Shown here piece after piece: positions 1 to 14,560 of a DNA stretch of 64,000 nucleotides. Source of the DNA: Tubiluchus corallicola (Eukaryota > Animalia > Priapulida); NCBI GenBank assembly GCA_030141605.1, contig JAQGDQ010000426.1:62001-126000 (forward strand), read 5' to 3'. Under the pieces are notes generated by a model. That model was not told the origin of the DNA. It was given only the letters and a program-made list of their open reading frames with translations, and did no database searches. Both the position numbers and the translations under genes were made by a program. Within the stretch, counting starts at the first letter, position 1. Each line of letters starts with the position of its first letter.

Positions 1-163
1 CGTATGATATGATGTGATGTGATGTGATGTGATCTGATCTGGTATGGTATGATGTGATGTGATCTGATCTGATCTGGTATGATATGATATGATATGATAT
101 GATATGATATGATATGATATGATATGATATGATATGATATGATATGATATGATATGATATGAT
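1..163. repeat. (GATAT)n pentanucleotide microsatellite with GATGT/GATCT variants
   Basis: Direct reading of the sequence; runs off the window start. Confidence 0.95.
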
Positions 164-1267
164 ACATACATTTATTTCACACAATACAATAATTAAACTT
201 GTGTACAAAATTCACATTGACAAAATTGACTCTACAGTAGTACCTTAACAAGTACCTTGCCAAATTACTCAATTTAAAATAGCAAATAATGAGTTACAAT
301 GTTCTATCCATTACGCATACAGCCTCACACTCACAAATTCAAACCGATTATTGTGATCACGTGGGTTTGGGATTTGAACCAAATACCTTTGAGATGCAAA
401 ATCAGACGCCAAAATACAATGATTTTTCTAATAAACCATCCATCTGATTCACCTTCAGTTTCAGTTCGTATTTCTTTCAGGTTGTTTGGGTATTTGAAGA
501 CTTAGATTTTCATCCGCCATGTTATGTCTCTGCCGGGAAATCGCATATATGTTTCCCGAAGATAAATTTAATTTTATGTGCCTATAAAATCCCCCCACCC
601 TAAATTCTCTAGCAGTAAATACATATCGAGGTTTACTTTAAAAAGGGATAACCGCATAACCCTATCTTAACGACAATCATCAAAAAATTTCTAACAGTTT
701 CAGTCATGTTACAAATAGATTACCAGGTTAGTGTAACATAGGTTTCTCCCCTGAGTTTTATTAACATAAAAATCATATACAATAAAACAAATTTTCGATA
801 GTCTCAACGAAAATTTAGTCTGGAGTTTGGAAGTTTATGTGAATGTCAGATGAACCTGCAATAAATGCTGGTGTTCCGAAAGAGGAAAGAGGATCGGTCG
901 AACAGGTGTATAGAGTTAAACTTGTTTACCTGACGAATTTCGCTCAAGCTTTACTCAGAGCTGATTATAAGAGACCAGCAAATATACCTTCTGTTCTACA
1001 AGCAGTAAGAGCTGATAGGCAGTGGTGTATATTACTTAGCACGTTCTGTTTGCCATCTTGTTAGTAAACCATGACATAAAGGTAAGGTTGGCAGGCGCAA
1101 GTCTAATGTGTACAAGACCTCAAATGCAGCATGTATCCAATTCAAGGACCTGGCTTGTGCTGGTGTAGTATTACATACCAGCAGCTGACTGGAAACAATG
1201 GTTAGTAGAGCTATTTATGCAGAAGTAACTAATCTTGTTGATTAAGCCGATTAATTTGATGCATTAA

Positions 1268-1877
1268 AGGAAGACAGGACGATTTTTCATACACTACCAC
1301 ACTTTCAAGTCCAATAAAAAGTATACATATAACACAATTAATACAGCAAAAGCGTTTCTGATAATCAAATAATAGATTAAAAACCTAATTAACGGCGGGC
1401 GAGCCAACTATTGGTGACATCACAAACTAACATAATTTTCAACAAGAAAAATATTCCACGAGCGTGTTGCACGTGTTTGCGAAACCGAAAATTGAAGTAC
1501 AGTGCTACTGTAAGATATTCAGTGTGTTGTACTAAAACTAGGCATGTTTTAAGATAAACATTCAAATTTCAAATTTACCTCTGTGTTCACGTGTGACCTG
1601 CCGAACGTGTGTAGTTCGTCACAAACTAACACGTCTAGACTGAGAGGTACAGCACCTGTTTTTATACAATGAGTTTACGAAATGCAGGCGCTAGTGCCCG
1701 TCTAACTAGCATTTCTAAATGCGCGTAACAGCGAAGAACTAGTGGCGCAAATGTGAAATTGTGTTTGTGTGGTTATACTTCTTTCACATAAGTCATTTTT
1801 GAAAGAATAGTAGGTTTCCTTTCAACATCTTAAAGAGTAGATTGTTTTGACAGTTTAAGATTGGACCCGGTTTTGCT
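1268..1877 (+). mobile_element. Non-autonomous Kolobok-like DNA transposon (family A, copy 1)
   Basis: Starts TTAA|AGGAAGACAGGACGATT and ends with a degenerate inverted end CCGGTTTTGCT|TTAA. Its interior aligns by eye with 10731-11709 and, reversed, with 45267-45702. AGG..CCT termini with a TTAA target duplication are typical of Kolobok. Confidence 0.6.
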
Positions 1878-2189
1878 TTAAGTCTGCCTTAAGTCTTTTG
1901 CGAGCATCGAAAGCGCTCAGTGAAAAGGATTTTTATTACCAGCACTAGAATTATTCATCCCTTACGCAATCTCTAAAATTGTACGATTCTGTAAAATAGT
2001 GATCGCCATTTGTAATTTTCACAAGATTTTCACAAGTTGATGAAGCCATTTTAGCAAGTTGCTCATATTTAACTGAGAACTGGGCCAAATTGAGATGATC
2101 AGCAGCAAAGGAACCGACAAGAAAATGAAGGAACAAACAAGCAAAAAAGAAAAGACACGCATATGTTAATAAATAAGTAATTTAAATCA

Positions 2190-2695
2190 CAAATAATTGA
2201 GTAAATAAACAAATGGGTAAATGAATGAAGAAATGAATGGTGTGAGTAAATAAACAGATAAACAAACAAACTAACTAACTAACAAACAAACAAGAAAACA
2301 TGCAAACAAACAAACATGCAAACAAATAAATAAATAAACAAGCAAATAAATGGCTAAGAATCACTGAATGAATAAATAAATAAATGGATGAATGAATAAA
2401 CAAATGTTTGTATGAATGAATGAACGAATTACTGATTGAGTGAATAAATGAATGAGTGAATGAATGAACGAATAAATGAATAAACGAATGATTGACTGAC
2501 TGACTTAATGAATGAATGATTTAATGAACGAATAAATGAATAAACGAATGATTGACTGACTGACTGACTGACTGACTGACTGACTGACTGACTGACTGAC
2601 TGACTGACTGACTGACTGACTGACTGACTGACTGACTGACTGAATGAATGAATGAATGATTTAACGAACGAATGAATGAATAAACGAATGAAAAA
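2190..2695. repeat. Compound tetranucleotide microsatellite (AAAC/AAAT/GAAT/GACT)n
   Basis: Direct reading; pure (TGAC)n run at about 2553-2642. Confidence 0.9.
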
Positions 2696-3946
2696 ATTTG
2701 TTAATAAACAAATAAGCGCTGAATGAAATAAGATTTGTTAACATTTGTTGGTAGTTCGTACATCATGTACCTCATGTTGACCCTTTCTCACGGAATCCAC
2801 CGTTTATTAAGAAAACTGTAAATGCGTAATGTACGCATCAGTTCCGCGATATCCAATGATTAACAAAATTACAAAAGCATAATTATGTGACACGAACATT
2901 AAATGAATAAGAAAGTCTAAACAACTTATATGAGCCATACAATAGACGATAATTGATAGCTAGAATGCAGTTGCACGCGCGGGTCATCAAGCACGCTATA
3001 CAGTATAATTGTGAATAATCAGATATATTACATAATCTACCAGAGCATTATGTACCGTGTATCTGACCCCATCTAATACTGTAACCTTAGAATGACTAAA
3101 TACGAAAAAAGAGCTTTTTCTTCTGCAAATGCAAACAATTAAAACAGGTTATACACCGTGGTTATACAACAGGTTATATATGTCAACGATATCAGCTCTT
3201 TGTAACTATGATACGTTGCCAGACGTCCCTTATATAAAGCTCACGTCGTATATTTGGTAATTTTGTTCCCTGTCCTATACTGACCTTTCTGGGGCACCTA
3301 AATGTCTTCATTTTCAAATTTCGTAATAAAAATATGTTTTTACTACGTTCTTACGGTTTATAGCTGCTGTAACTTTATAAGTAATTACACTTTCTTTTCT
3401 CAGATTCTCTTGATGAAAATAACCCAAATGTAGCAAGGAAACCAGTGTTGCTAGAAGTTTACACAAAACTGACGTGTTTGGTTTACAGCTTGTTCAGTTA
3501 CTATGGTTACAGTTTTGCTCTCCAGCCTAAATAAATTTTTAGTTTATTTTCTGTATCGCTTGTATTAAATAATAATTTTCAAAATTATTTTTATTTACAT
3601 TTTTATATTGTTTCTGTTGAAGAAGATTTTTGCAATGATTTCACTTTTACAGAATTTCTATATTGCCTGTATTAAATAATAATAATAATATAGCTCGGTT
3701 GCCTGATTTCACTTTTACAGATTTTTTTTAGCTTGTATTAAATAATTTTCAAATGATTTTACACTTGTTTTCCTCATAACCCTTTAAAATGCTTGCTTTA
3801 TGTTTTCAACTTATGTCTCTACCTTTATATAATATATTATATAGTCTGACCACCTAAAAAGACAATTTAAGAAATAAAATTAATGGGCGCTATATTTAGC
3901 AATTCTTACCTGTGTAAGACTGCCTTTGTGTAAAGCAGTTGGTCTT

Positions 3947-4498
3947 TGTGTGAAACTGTTACTGTAAAAGAGTGCTTGGGTCCACCCCCTAAATTCGCCA
4001 ATGATACCGTGTGGGTATGTTGAATATTTTGCTTTGATTAAAGCAACATCAAAATACCAACGTTGAAACTATCATGTGAAGCCTTATTTTCAGCAGAAAT
4101 AAACAACCACAACCGCCAGTGAAGGTATAATAGTTTTATTGAAGACTAACAACGATGACTTTGAACATATCGGCATTGTTCTTATGCCATTGTCAGCAAA
4201 AAAATGCAGGCCTTATGCGTATTTAGGCCATAAGGCCTGTATTTTTTCTGCTGACAACATGGCGTAGAAACAATGTCGAACGCTCAATGTTATTGTTGCT
4301 ATAGTCTTTAAGAATTCTCCAACACTTTCACGCCTAGTTTCTTAAGCAATTTGATTAACTTGGGTTGATCTTCTGTAACCTCTGAAACGACGCAATTATT
4401 CGTTCTGTAGAAGCGCATTCATTTCATCAAACAACGTGAGTTTTCAGAGTCTGCGCATAACACGATGTAAATTTAGCACTTCTGCGCCACTAAAATCT
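3947..4498 (+). repeat. Left arm of a ~500-550 bp inverted repeat; contains an internal palindrome at ~4140-4310
   Basis: Near-identical to the reverse complement of 6081-6580. Confidence 0.9.
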
Positions 4499-4886
4499 AG
4501 CGAGAGATTTAAATTAAATGATAAAAAGCTTTACACTAAGGATCAGTTTTTTTGTTGAAGAACAAGCTTCTACTTTAAACACACTGCATGAACAAGTTAC
4601 AGCAAGAATTGCAAATATCTAAAACTAAAATATCACAATTACTTGTACACAAATTTTTTTTATCAATTAAATGTTTGAACTAACATATAACTTTGAGTTA
4701 GTCATTTCCACCAATCAGTTAAATTAAAATATGACAATACATAATTAATAATTAATAAACACAAAACCAAGTGGCTCATTATAACATCATTTAACACTTG
4801 CCATAGTGGATAAACCAGGTGATTGACAAAAGAAAGCAAATTTAGTCAGAATCAGTCTGGGCGTGTATTCTTTTGTACATATAGTA

Positions 4887-4915
4887 ATATATATATATTA
4901 TATATATATTACTAC

Positions 4916-4981
<66 letters not shown>

Positions 4982-5008
4982 ATATATATATATAGTATAT
5001 ATATATAG
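4887..5008. repeat. (TA)n microsatellite
   Basis: Direct reading. Confidence 0.95.
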
Positions 5009-5464
5009 AAAATTTTTAACAGTGTCCCGTATTTCTAGAATTGGTGTATACATTAATAATTGTTAACTTATTTATGTACGACACTTTTAAGTGTTCTTAT
5101 CAAATAAACATTTTCTTTACATTTGAAAAATGTATTAACGTCCATACAAATAGTTGCAAATTAATTAAATAGTCGCCCCCCCCCCGTTCTTCCCGGTGGG
5201 CCCGATTCGAAAAATAAACCCCCAACGGCTGACACTAGACCGACCTTTCGTTTGATGTATAGATCGCCGCAAATGGTGCCGTCGTCCGAGCTGTAGCCTC
5301 GAATCTAATATATATATATATATACCAGTAGAATTAATATATACCATAATAAAAATTGATGCTGCCGATAGCACCATGATCATAAAATGTAATTTTAATT
5401 TGGTTTTATCTTCTTGTAATTTGCCCTTAAATGAGTTAATTACCGATTTATTCAGGGTACCGCA

Positions 5465-5638
5465 TCTACATTTGACTTACCTAAGTCACATTTGAGTTAC
5501 CGAAACACATTCGAAATTTCTACGTCTACATTTGACTTACCTAAGTCACATTTGAGTTACCGAAACACATTCGAATTTCCTATGTCTACATTTGACTTAC
5601 CTAAGTCACATTTGAACTTTCCTGTGTCTACATTTGAC
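5465..5638. repeat. ~60 bp tandem repeat x3, built from ~19-20 bp CACATTTGA-containing subunits
   Basis: TCTACATTTGACTTACCTAAGTCACATTTGA recurs at 5465, 5525 and 5585. Confidence 0.85.
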
Positions 5639-6080
5639 GTGTAAAACCTATAATTTTCTAATCTGGCAACCCTAAACTATGATGATGATAATGATGACGA
5701 CGATGTTTATAACAATAGGAGTAGTGACATAAAGAAACTAATTTGCGTGGTCAGTTACATGCGTACAGAGAGGCTAATTGTCCAGTCGGAACAATTTTGA
5801 TAGTAAAATCACGTCTAGATGAGTTGAATGTTCACCAGTTTAACTCTTTTGATGCTAGACATCGTTGGTTCAGAGTTGCAGCTGCATTTTAGAACTAATG
5901 TCCTGACTCATCTCATTTATTGCCTAACTTTAGTGAAATAAAAAGCTAATAAGAATGTTGGTTAACCAACATTTTGCATGACGTTTTTGAGTAAAGCATC
6001 CTAATGTTAGTTTTTACAAGGTGATTACTACCTACGTGCATCTCACTTCTTTGCCTGCGCTCCTATTAAATTATCCGGCC

Positions 6081-6580
6081 AGATTTTAGTGGCGCAGAAG
6101 TGCTAAATTTACATCGTGTTACGCGCAGACTCTGAAAACTCACGTTGTTTGATAAAATGAATGCGCTTCTACAGAACGAATAATTGCGCCCTTTCAGAGG
6201 TTACAGAAGATCAACCCAAGTTAATCAAATTGCTAAAGAAACTAGGCGTGAAAGTGTTGGAGAATTCTTAAAGACTATAGCAACAATAACATTGAGCGTT
6301 CGACATACCAATAGGGCCTGCATTTTTTGCTGACAATGGCATAAGAACAATGCCGATATGTTCAAAGTCATCGTTGTTAGTCTTCAATTAAACTATTATA
6401 CCTTCACTGGCGGTTGTGGTTGTTTATTTCTGCTGAAAATAAGGCTTCACGTGATAGTTTCAACGTTGGTATTTTGATGTTACTTTAATCAAAGCAAAAT
6501 ATTCAAAATACCCACACGGTATCACTGGCGAATTTAGGGGGTGGTCCCAAGCATCCTTTCACAGCAGCAGTTACAACACA
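6081..6580 (-). repeat. Right arm of the inverted repeat (partner 3947-4498), with a ~50 bp deletion in the internal palindrome
   Basis: The reverse complement matches the left arm along its length except near 6306. Confidence 0.9.
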
Positions 6581-7257
6581 CGAAATTAACATTTTCTCTG
6601 AATTATAAGCATTAGAATGATTTGCTAGATCCTAAAGGTGCCTTATACCTGTAAAAATCATATATCACAAGAAAACAGATGAAAGTTATGTACACCATGT
6701 ATGCTGTATAGTGTATATGAATATATTGGTATGTAATTTTGAGTCAAAAATTAGGTGACACCTGTTCTAAACTAGTGAGCTTCTTTAAGGAAATGGCTTC
6801 TAGAAGGCAAAAAGAGGTCTATAATGCAGTAAAATGTATTGTTGTCCGGGTGGATCGCGCTTGGGAGCTCACACCGCTCCCCCAGACCCCCTAACTGCTT
6901 TTCTGTTGGGCCCACCATTGTTGTAAAACCTGTATCCGCCCCTGCAATATTGTCACCATACGGTCGCAATTTTGCCAGGATTTACAAACAATATTCTTCA
7001 AATAATGTTGTCACCATCTCGGTACAATGTGGAATATTTTTGTTCAACATTGGCTCCATCTTGGCACAATTTATAACCGTATTCAGGTATAATTTCGTAC
7101 ATTTATTGCCCGCACAGGTGCAACACGGGACCCACATTGTTGTCCAGTATAGAAAACACGTAATTCAAATATATTGATCAAGAAACATTGGCAAATTTTT
7201 ATAGCAACGTTTTCGCACAGTACTAATAAACCAAATCCAAACAGAGTCTTAAGAAAC

Positions 7258-7454
7258 GACTCCATGCGTACGTAATGCGTGATGCGTAATACGTATACAA
7301 CAGTTTGTATTTAAACATGTAGAACTATTTCCCTGCGTACATAATGCGTAATCCGTAATGCGTGATGCGTGATCCGTATTCACTCGAACATGATAAATGA
7401 CGCAGTAATACGCAGTAATTCACGCAGTAATACGCATTACGTGCACAGGGAGTC
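7258..7454. mobile_element. Small MITE-like palindromic element with GTAATGC/GATGCGT subrepeats
   Basis: Ends GACTCCATGCGTACGTAATGCGT and ACGCATTACGTGCACAGGGAGTC are imperfect inverted repeats; no clear TSD. Confidence 0.55.
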
Positions 7455-7786
7455 ATAGCTTTACTGTAACAAAATTGTAACAAAACATTGTCACAATCTT
7501 GGTACAACATTTTTTTATTACAAATGTTGAAGCTACCTTATCATGACATTTTTATCAAATATTTTTAAAAAATGTCTTCTTCATGTCGTTACAACATTTT
7601 CTTCAAATATTTTCTGATCACGTATTTGCAAGATATATCCACAGTATTGCTGAAATGTGGACACCGTATTGGGCAGTCAATGTTGAATTCTCAAGCTTGC
7701 ACCATTTCACTGCGCATAATTTCTGAAAACCGATATTAGTGAAATTTTGTAAGATTTTGATGTTTATAGTGAAAACGTCCTGCACG

Positions 7787-8219
<433 letters not shown>

Positions 8220-9399
8220 CCTGCACGGGCTCAAGAAAACACTGAGAAATAAACTTTGCTACATGCTTTATTACGCCGTAACATGTACGACAGCCTACTA
8301 CTAGATAGTTATAAGTTTTACGATACATTAACTTGAGAAGTTCTGATAAACTTTGTCACAGTGTCAGCCAAACTTGATGATGAAAGTAAAAAGAGCTGAA
8401 ATAAGAAGGAACTTTTACCAGAAATATAGATACAGTCAGACTGCCATTGTTACTGACAATGTTAAGCCAGTTGATGGAAACTTGCAGTTGGAATACAACT
8501 AGCAGCTTCTGAAAGTTTATTGTACTATAGATTTAGTCTTTTAATTCAGACACAACGGTAGTTGTTTGTGTTGAAAATACTGGGTAAACAACATTAGTAC
8601 AAAGTAAATATTGTTACAAATACACAAAATTCAGACTAATTTTTCTTCCAAATCGCATGTCCATATGTATAGGTGAATTCATAATGTCCGATCTTTTATG
8701 ATGTTTCCTAGGCGAGTGTCTGCGATGTGTTCTGAAGGGAGAAATGACCATTTTTCACGCAAAATGTATTAGACCCGCGTCGTCTGCTAAGAGGGCGGAT
8801 CCAGGATCAGAAAGCTCTGCACGGTCACCTACACACTGCGTACTATTACCATCGCTGTTGGGTTCACACGCTAGCATCTACTGTGTAGTGCCGCCCTTTT
8901 TTGAAAAATAGTGCGTCACCATTTGCTTCATTTTTCATTAATTATTGGTACATCACGATAATTATTCTTTTCTTGTTGAGGCAATATAATTCACGGTTCC
9001 ACGCAGAGGTCCCGAGCATTTCTGACTACAATGCTGGTTACTAATTGTCATTAGTAAATATCGTCACGGATATTAGGTGATACAGTACGGTAAAGCTAAT
9101 TTGGCATCAAATAAGAAGTCTCGTTATTATGATATCATTACGTAACTGGCGCAAAACATCTACCATCACTGTTTCACTGTGTTACTTAAAGCAGGTTGCC
9201 GTTTTCGATGAGGTTTCATTGTCATGGCATCTGGCACCTAATCGGTTCTCAAAGCTAGTTAAAATTTGGTCTTAAGAATTATGCTAGGAATCATGTCAAA
9301 GGAAAAGGCGTTTATCTTTCAATGGTTTTTGATTGGTCTACAATACTACATGAACTTAGTGATTCTTTGCTCAATTAAGAGGGTAAATGCAAATTAGAA

Positions 9400-10109
9400 G
9401 AAAAACAAAGACAAATAAAATTACCATCAATTTAAATCACAAGTTTTTATTTTTGGAAAACATTAAAAAACTGTCGTGCAAAAACGATATGAAAATCAAG
9501 TAAGGAAAAAAGATGTCCAACATTTTAAGACGTTGTAGAACAAACATGGAGAAAAATTTCATTAGCTATATGGGACCAGTCCTATGGAATAGACTAAGCC
9601 GCAATTCAAAATGTAGTCACTCCCTTTCAACTTTTAGAAAAACCGTCAGAAAAGAAATATTTCAAAAGTATTGAGAGAAACACAGTTTGATAATGGTAAT
9701 CACCTGCATTCTTTTTCCACAGTAATCTTAATAAAACGTGACTAGGCTCAACAGGTTACTGAACACTTTATAATCATGATCACAGTTTTTCTTAGTTCTC
9801 GCTCCATTTCATCTTTCATTCACTACTCCCCCACACTTTTATGTATATATTATCATTATTTCAGTTATTAATCACTTCTTTAAGATTTCCACGTACAGTT
9901 TGGCCTGTCAAGCTTTTAGGCTCAAACTGTATGCATCAAAATTATTCTGTAATGTAATTTGCACATGATGCTGCATAAGAATCTCTTTTGTAATTTCTGG
10001 ATAATAATGCATTTGCATTTATATTTATATTTACTTCAGTGAAATTATCTGTTTTTTTATTATAACGGTTAGATGCAGAGTGGAAATAAATAAACTTATA
10101 AACTTATAA
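9400..10109 (+). mobile_element. 3' fragment of a CR1/L2-group LINE (ORF2 C-terminus, 3'UTR, tail)
   Basis: 9513-9674 translates ...RRCRTNMEKNFISYMGPVLWNRL...SLSTFRKTVRKEIFQKY*, matching the GPxLWNxL/FK C-terminal motif; ends AATAAATAAACTTATAAACTTATAA. Confidence 0.7.
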
Positions 10110-10730
10110 GACGTTTCTATTTAATCTGTTTCTGTAATTTGACAAGTTGATAATTCTGTAAGTTTTAACTTTCTTAATCTTTTTTAACTTTGAACTTCTG
10201 ATCAATGCAAATTCACACTTAGTAAATAGTGAAAAAGGCATAAAAGACTTAGGTCTCTACTGACATTATAGGCATAACATTGTAAGTGCAGCGTAGGTAG
10301 CAACACTGTTATTGTATCAGTCAGCTGTACACACTTGCTACTAAGTATACGAGGTATACACAATTGTTTGAAACTGCATGTTTTCAAAGCCAAGTATTTC
10401 TTTGCCAATAAACCATAAAATGTACAGTCAGTAACACAAGCTTGTCTCACATTTTAACAATAGTCTGTTATAATTTCTCTCAAGCAGTCTTTGAAATGCT
10501 TAATATTTCTAATTAGAGAACCAAAGTGTTTGTGTCTGCTTCACGCCGACTTGTAAATTTAGCAAAACCGTGTGGGGTAATAAAACTATTTGACACTTAT
10601 TCGTAATAATAAAGCTATATAAAACCGACTATAGAAGGTAGATATACGTTGTAAAAGGAGCTGTTTCACTATTTACGTGTAGTACTGTATTTTAAATACC
10701 ACTGACTTTGCATTTGGAACAAATTTTTAT

Positions 10731-11709
10731 AGGAAAACAGGATGATTTTTATCATTCCAGCACTTTCAGTGAGGTAAAACTATAAATGTTAGCATCTATG
10801 ATAATGCCAAAGCGTTTCTGATAATGAAACTATAGGTTAAAATTTTTATTAACGGTAGGCAAGGCCGGCCAACCAGTGATGACGTCACAACTGAACGTAA
10901 TTTTCAACAACACATATATTCCGCTAACCGGTTGCACATGTTTGTGAAAGCGAAAATTTAACATTGATTTCAATATACAAAACTCGTCAATTTTGAAGTG
11001 TAAAAGTTAAATTTCAAGTTTACCGCTGTGATAACGGGTGACCTCTTGAACATGCGCACTACGTCAAAATTGAACAACTCTGTACTGAGAGGTTTTCTGA
11101 TAAGCAGGCGCTAACTAGGTGCCCATCTAACTATAGAGTGGCAAGACGATGTGTAACGTCGAAGAATAGCCGCGCAAACACGAGGTTCTGTGGTAATAAT
11201 TCTTACATATAATTCATTCTTCAAACAAAACACAGTATGTTCTCTTTCAGTATTTTGTGGGTAGATTGTTCTGAGCATTAGTTAAAGATTGTTCTGAGCA
11301 TTAGTTAAAGATTGTTCTATAAGCATTAGCTAAAGATTGTTCTGAGCATTAGTTAAAGATTGTTCTGTGCATTAGTAAAAGATTGTTCTCTGAGCATTAG
11401 CTAAAGATTGCTCTGAGCATTAGTTAAAGATTGTTCTCTGAGCATTAGCTAAAGTTTGTTCTGAGCATTAGTTAAAGATTGTTCTGAGCATTAGTTAAAG
11501 ATTGTTCTGAGCATTAGTTAAAGATTGCTCTGAGCATTAGCTAAAGATTGTTCTGAGTATTAGTTAAAGATTGCTCTGAGCATAAGCTAAAGATTGGTCT
11601 GAGCATTAGTTGAAGATTGTTCTCTGAGCATTAGCTAAAGTTTGTTCTGAGCATTAGCTAAAGATTGTTCTGAGCATTAGTTAAAACTAAGCATGAGCCC
11701 TGTTTTCTT
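10731..11709 (+). mobile_element. Kolobok-like family A copy 2 with an internal minisatellite expansion
   Basis: AGGAAAACAGGATGATT ... CCTGTTTTCTT|TTAA; interior homologous to 1268-1877. Confidence 0.6.
11263..11686. repeat. 23 bp minisatellite (AGATTGTTCTGAGCATTAGTTAA), ~18 copies
   Basis: Direct reading. Confidence 0.95.
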
Positions 11710-12578
11710 TTAAAATCTATCCTTGATCATTACTTAACAGAATTTGTACAAATTTCAAATCACCTTAGCGACCCTTAATTCAACTCGCCTAGTCATGCAT
11801 AATTCTTGTATATTCTAACTGTGGGCAGGTCAGTCCTGCAAGTTACTGCCTTCAAATTAGCCCAGTTGAAAATCAAAATAAGATTAAATAACGCAGAAAT
11901 CCATCTTCCACAGTTGCTGCAATGGTCAGCTGAATGAAGAGGAAAGGTGATTGGACGCGAAGACATTATAAATTAACATTATATTGGCATTTTTGTTAAA
12001 ACTAATCAACTCATATAGTAAGTATGACAACACAGTTGCTATGCAACACGTGTGCCAAGTTAGATTTGTTGATAATTAACCCGCTTAAACAATAGAGTAA
12101 TTCTTACCAGTAACACTGCACGTTCAATTTTACCATCACTGCTGCATAGGTTTATAACATGTGATAATCATTTTATTTGACTAACAGGTTTAATTTCACA
12201 TAGCGCTGCACTCAATTCTTGAACCTAACCCTCCAGCATCTCCATATAATAAAAGAGGCAAGGATTTAAGACGTCGTAAAAATATCTCCCGTTCCCATGT
12301 ATCACGCTGGAAATTAAATTAGAGACGGAGAATTGCCATCAGACACATTTCTGCTGATGAAGCAAAAATGACCACATAAAAATCTACAATTTGTTTTATT
12401 TTACGAGATTTAAAACGTACGTAATAATTTATAGGTCAAATTTACGACATAACAGCCCAATTAAAGGGCAATTAATGGTGATTTCGGTTGCTACTGCAGA
12501 CGGGGCTAACAGCACAAACTTCAAACAGGATTAGTAAATGAACAAGCATGGGTTTTCTAGACATTTTGAAAAATTATG

Positions 12579-12929
12579 GGACAGTGCCCTCTAGTTCTAA
12601 GTTTAGTTAAAAAAATTAGTAACAAAACACGTTTTTGTGACTCAAAATACCATGACTCTATATAGGCATGGAAATCTCGCATTTAGTGGTTAAGTGAGTT
12701 AACTTAAGGTGCTGATTGATTTGTTAAACTTAAAATTGTGTTACTTATTATCCCTGGTCAGTTACTGGACAGTGCCCTCTAGTTTTAAGTTTAGTTAAAA
12801 AAATATTCACAAAACACGTTTTTCAACTCAAAATACCACGAGTCTATGTTGGCATGGCATAGAAATCTCGTATTTAGTGGCTAAGTGAGTTACCTACCTT
12901 AAGGTGCCGATTATCCCTGGTCAGTTAGT
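12579..12929. repeat. Diverged ~190 bp tandem duplication
   Basis: GGACAGTGCCCTCTAGTT...ATTATCCCTGGTCAGTTA occurs at ~12579 and ~12767. Confidence 0.85.
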
Positions 12930-13212
12930 GAGCGAAAGAGAAAACCACTTATCACGTTTCCAGTAAATTCTTCTCATTTGCATAGAGAGGTCCTACGCAA
13001 GTACACGGACTTACATTTTGCACTCATTTTCAATCATTACGCCTGAATTTCTATAGCAAATTGCGTGTCTACGTTCTTCAAAGTAGTGTCATAGAGCAAC
13101 TCTTTTATTTGGTTAATTTGACTTCATCAACGTTTTTTACCTATACTGTTTCTTTTTGTTTCAATAATATTGTATGTTGATGTATTGTATATGTATTGCT
13201 GAAGTGAAATAA

Positions 13213-13339
<127 letters not shown>

Positions 13340-14355
13340 CAAACAATCGTGCTTGCATTCTGCTTTTTAAGATTAAGATCATTTCAATAGCCAGGCAAAA
13401 ATTTTTACGGAAACCGACACAACTATAATTTTTAAATTGAGTTTAATCATTATCTGCTTATTGTAGTTGAATCAAATATTTTATTGAATCGAGTGTGATA
13501 ATTATTAGTTGTGAGCCCATTATTAGCCCATTTTACTTTTACTAGCACTTTGCACTCAGCACTTGCATCGTAGAGGTACCTGTATCAGACGCATTCTGTT
13601 TTGTAAATACACTATAAATAAATAAAGTTTAAACCAAACTAATTATTCTTTAATTTAAATATTTGGCATGAAATTTTTGAGTCAAATCTATAAATTCGTT
13701 TTAATGGACCATGGTCGCAAGTTTGCAAAACGTTAACAGTTTGTGATATTGAGTAAATCAATAATAGTCAGTTGATTTGCCTTTTACCTTATTAATAAAG
13801 ATTAATAAACGCTAGTTACTGATATTTAATAACGAAATATCATTTTAGCGGTATACATTGCTTTCTTTCTTATAATTATAATTCTTTCTTATAGGGTCAA
13901 ATCTAAATAGAACCAGGCCCAAGAAATAGTAGTTTAGTGAAGTACTCTGTAAGCTTAGTTAAATATAAGTAGAAGTTTGGGGAGATTACGTCTAAATGAA
14001 AGCCTGTAAAAGACACAGAACAAATACAGACTATATGTTTAATTGCATTTTTGCCTATTATGTACATACGCGGTTATATAAATGTGCGATTCGTTACTTT
14101 TGTAATTTCACCTTTCTAATTACCAGACGCGTGCGTTTTTTTGCATACACATGACAGAAATTAAATTGTACATATACGTAAGTGGTTATGCATTATTTTT
14201 TATTTACATTAATTTACAAATTTCGTTTGATCACAGTTATGGGACTAGTGTCTGTAGGATACAATTTGGTAGGTAAAACTAACCTGTACCGAGTCAGCAC
14301 TCAATTTAAAGATCCTGAATTCGGATCTTTGCAATATAGTAAACACACGGTACAC

Positions 14356-14560
14356 TATAAGTTATAAGTTTATAAGTTAATTTATTTCCACTCTGCATCT
14401 AACAATTATAATAAAAATACAGATAATTTCACTGAAGTAAATATAAATATAAATGCAGTATTATCCAGAAATTACAAAATGCAGCTTATACATGTGCAAA
14501 TTACATTACAGAATAATTTTGATGCATACAGTTTGAGCCTAAAAGCATAGCTTGACAGAC
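14356..14560 (-). mobile_element. LINE 3'UTR/tail fragment, inverted copy of 9897-10109
   Basis: The reverse complement matches the 3' end of the 9400-10109 element, including the (AAACTTAT) tail. Confidence 0.75.

Noticed and set aside
700-1200. Minus-strand FIAGSSDIHIN resembling a LINE endonuclease motif; also checked as possible hh exon 2
   Set aside because: Too degenerate to call and has no Hedgehog similarity.
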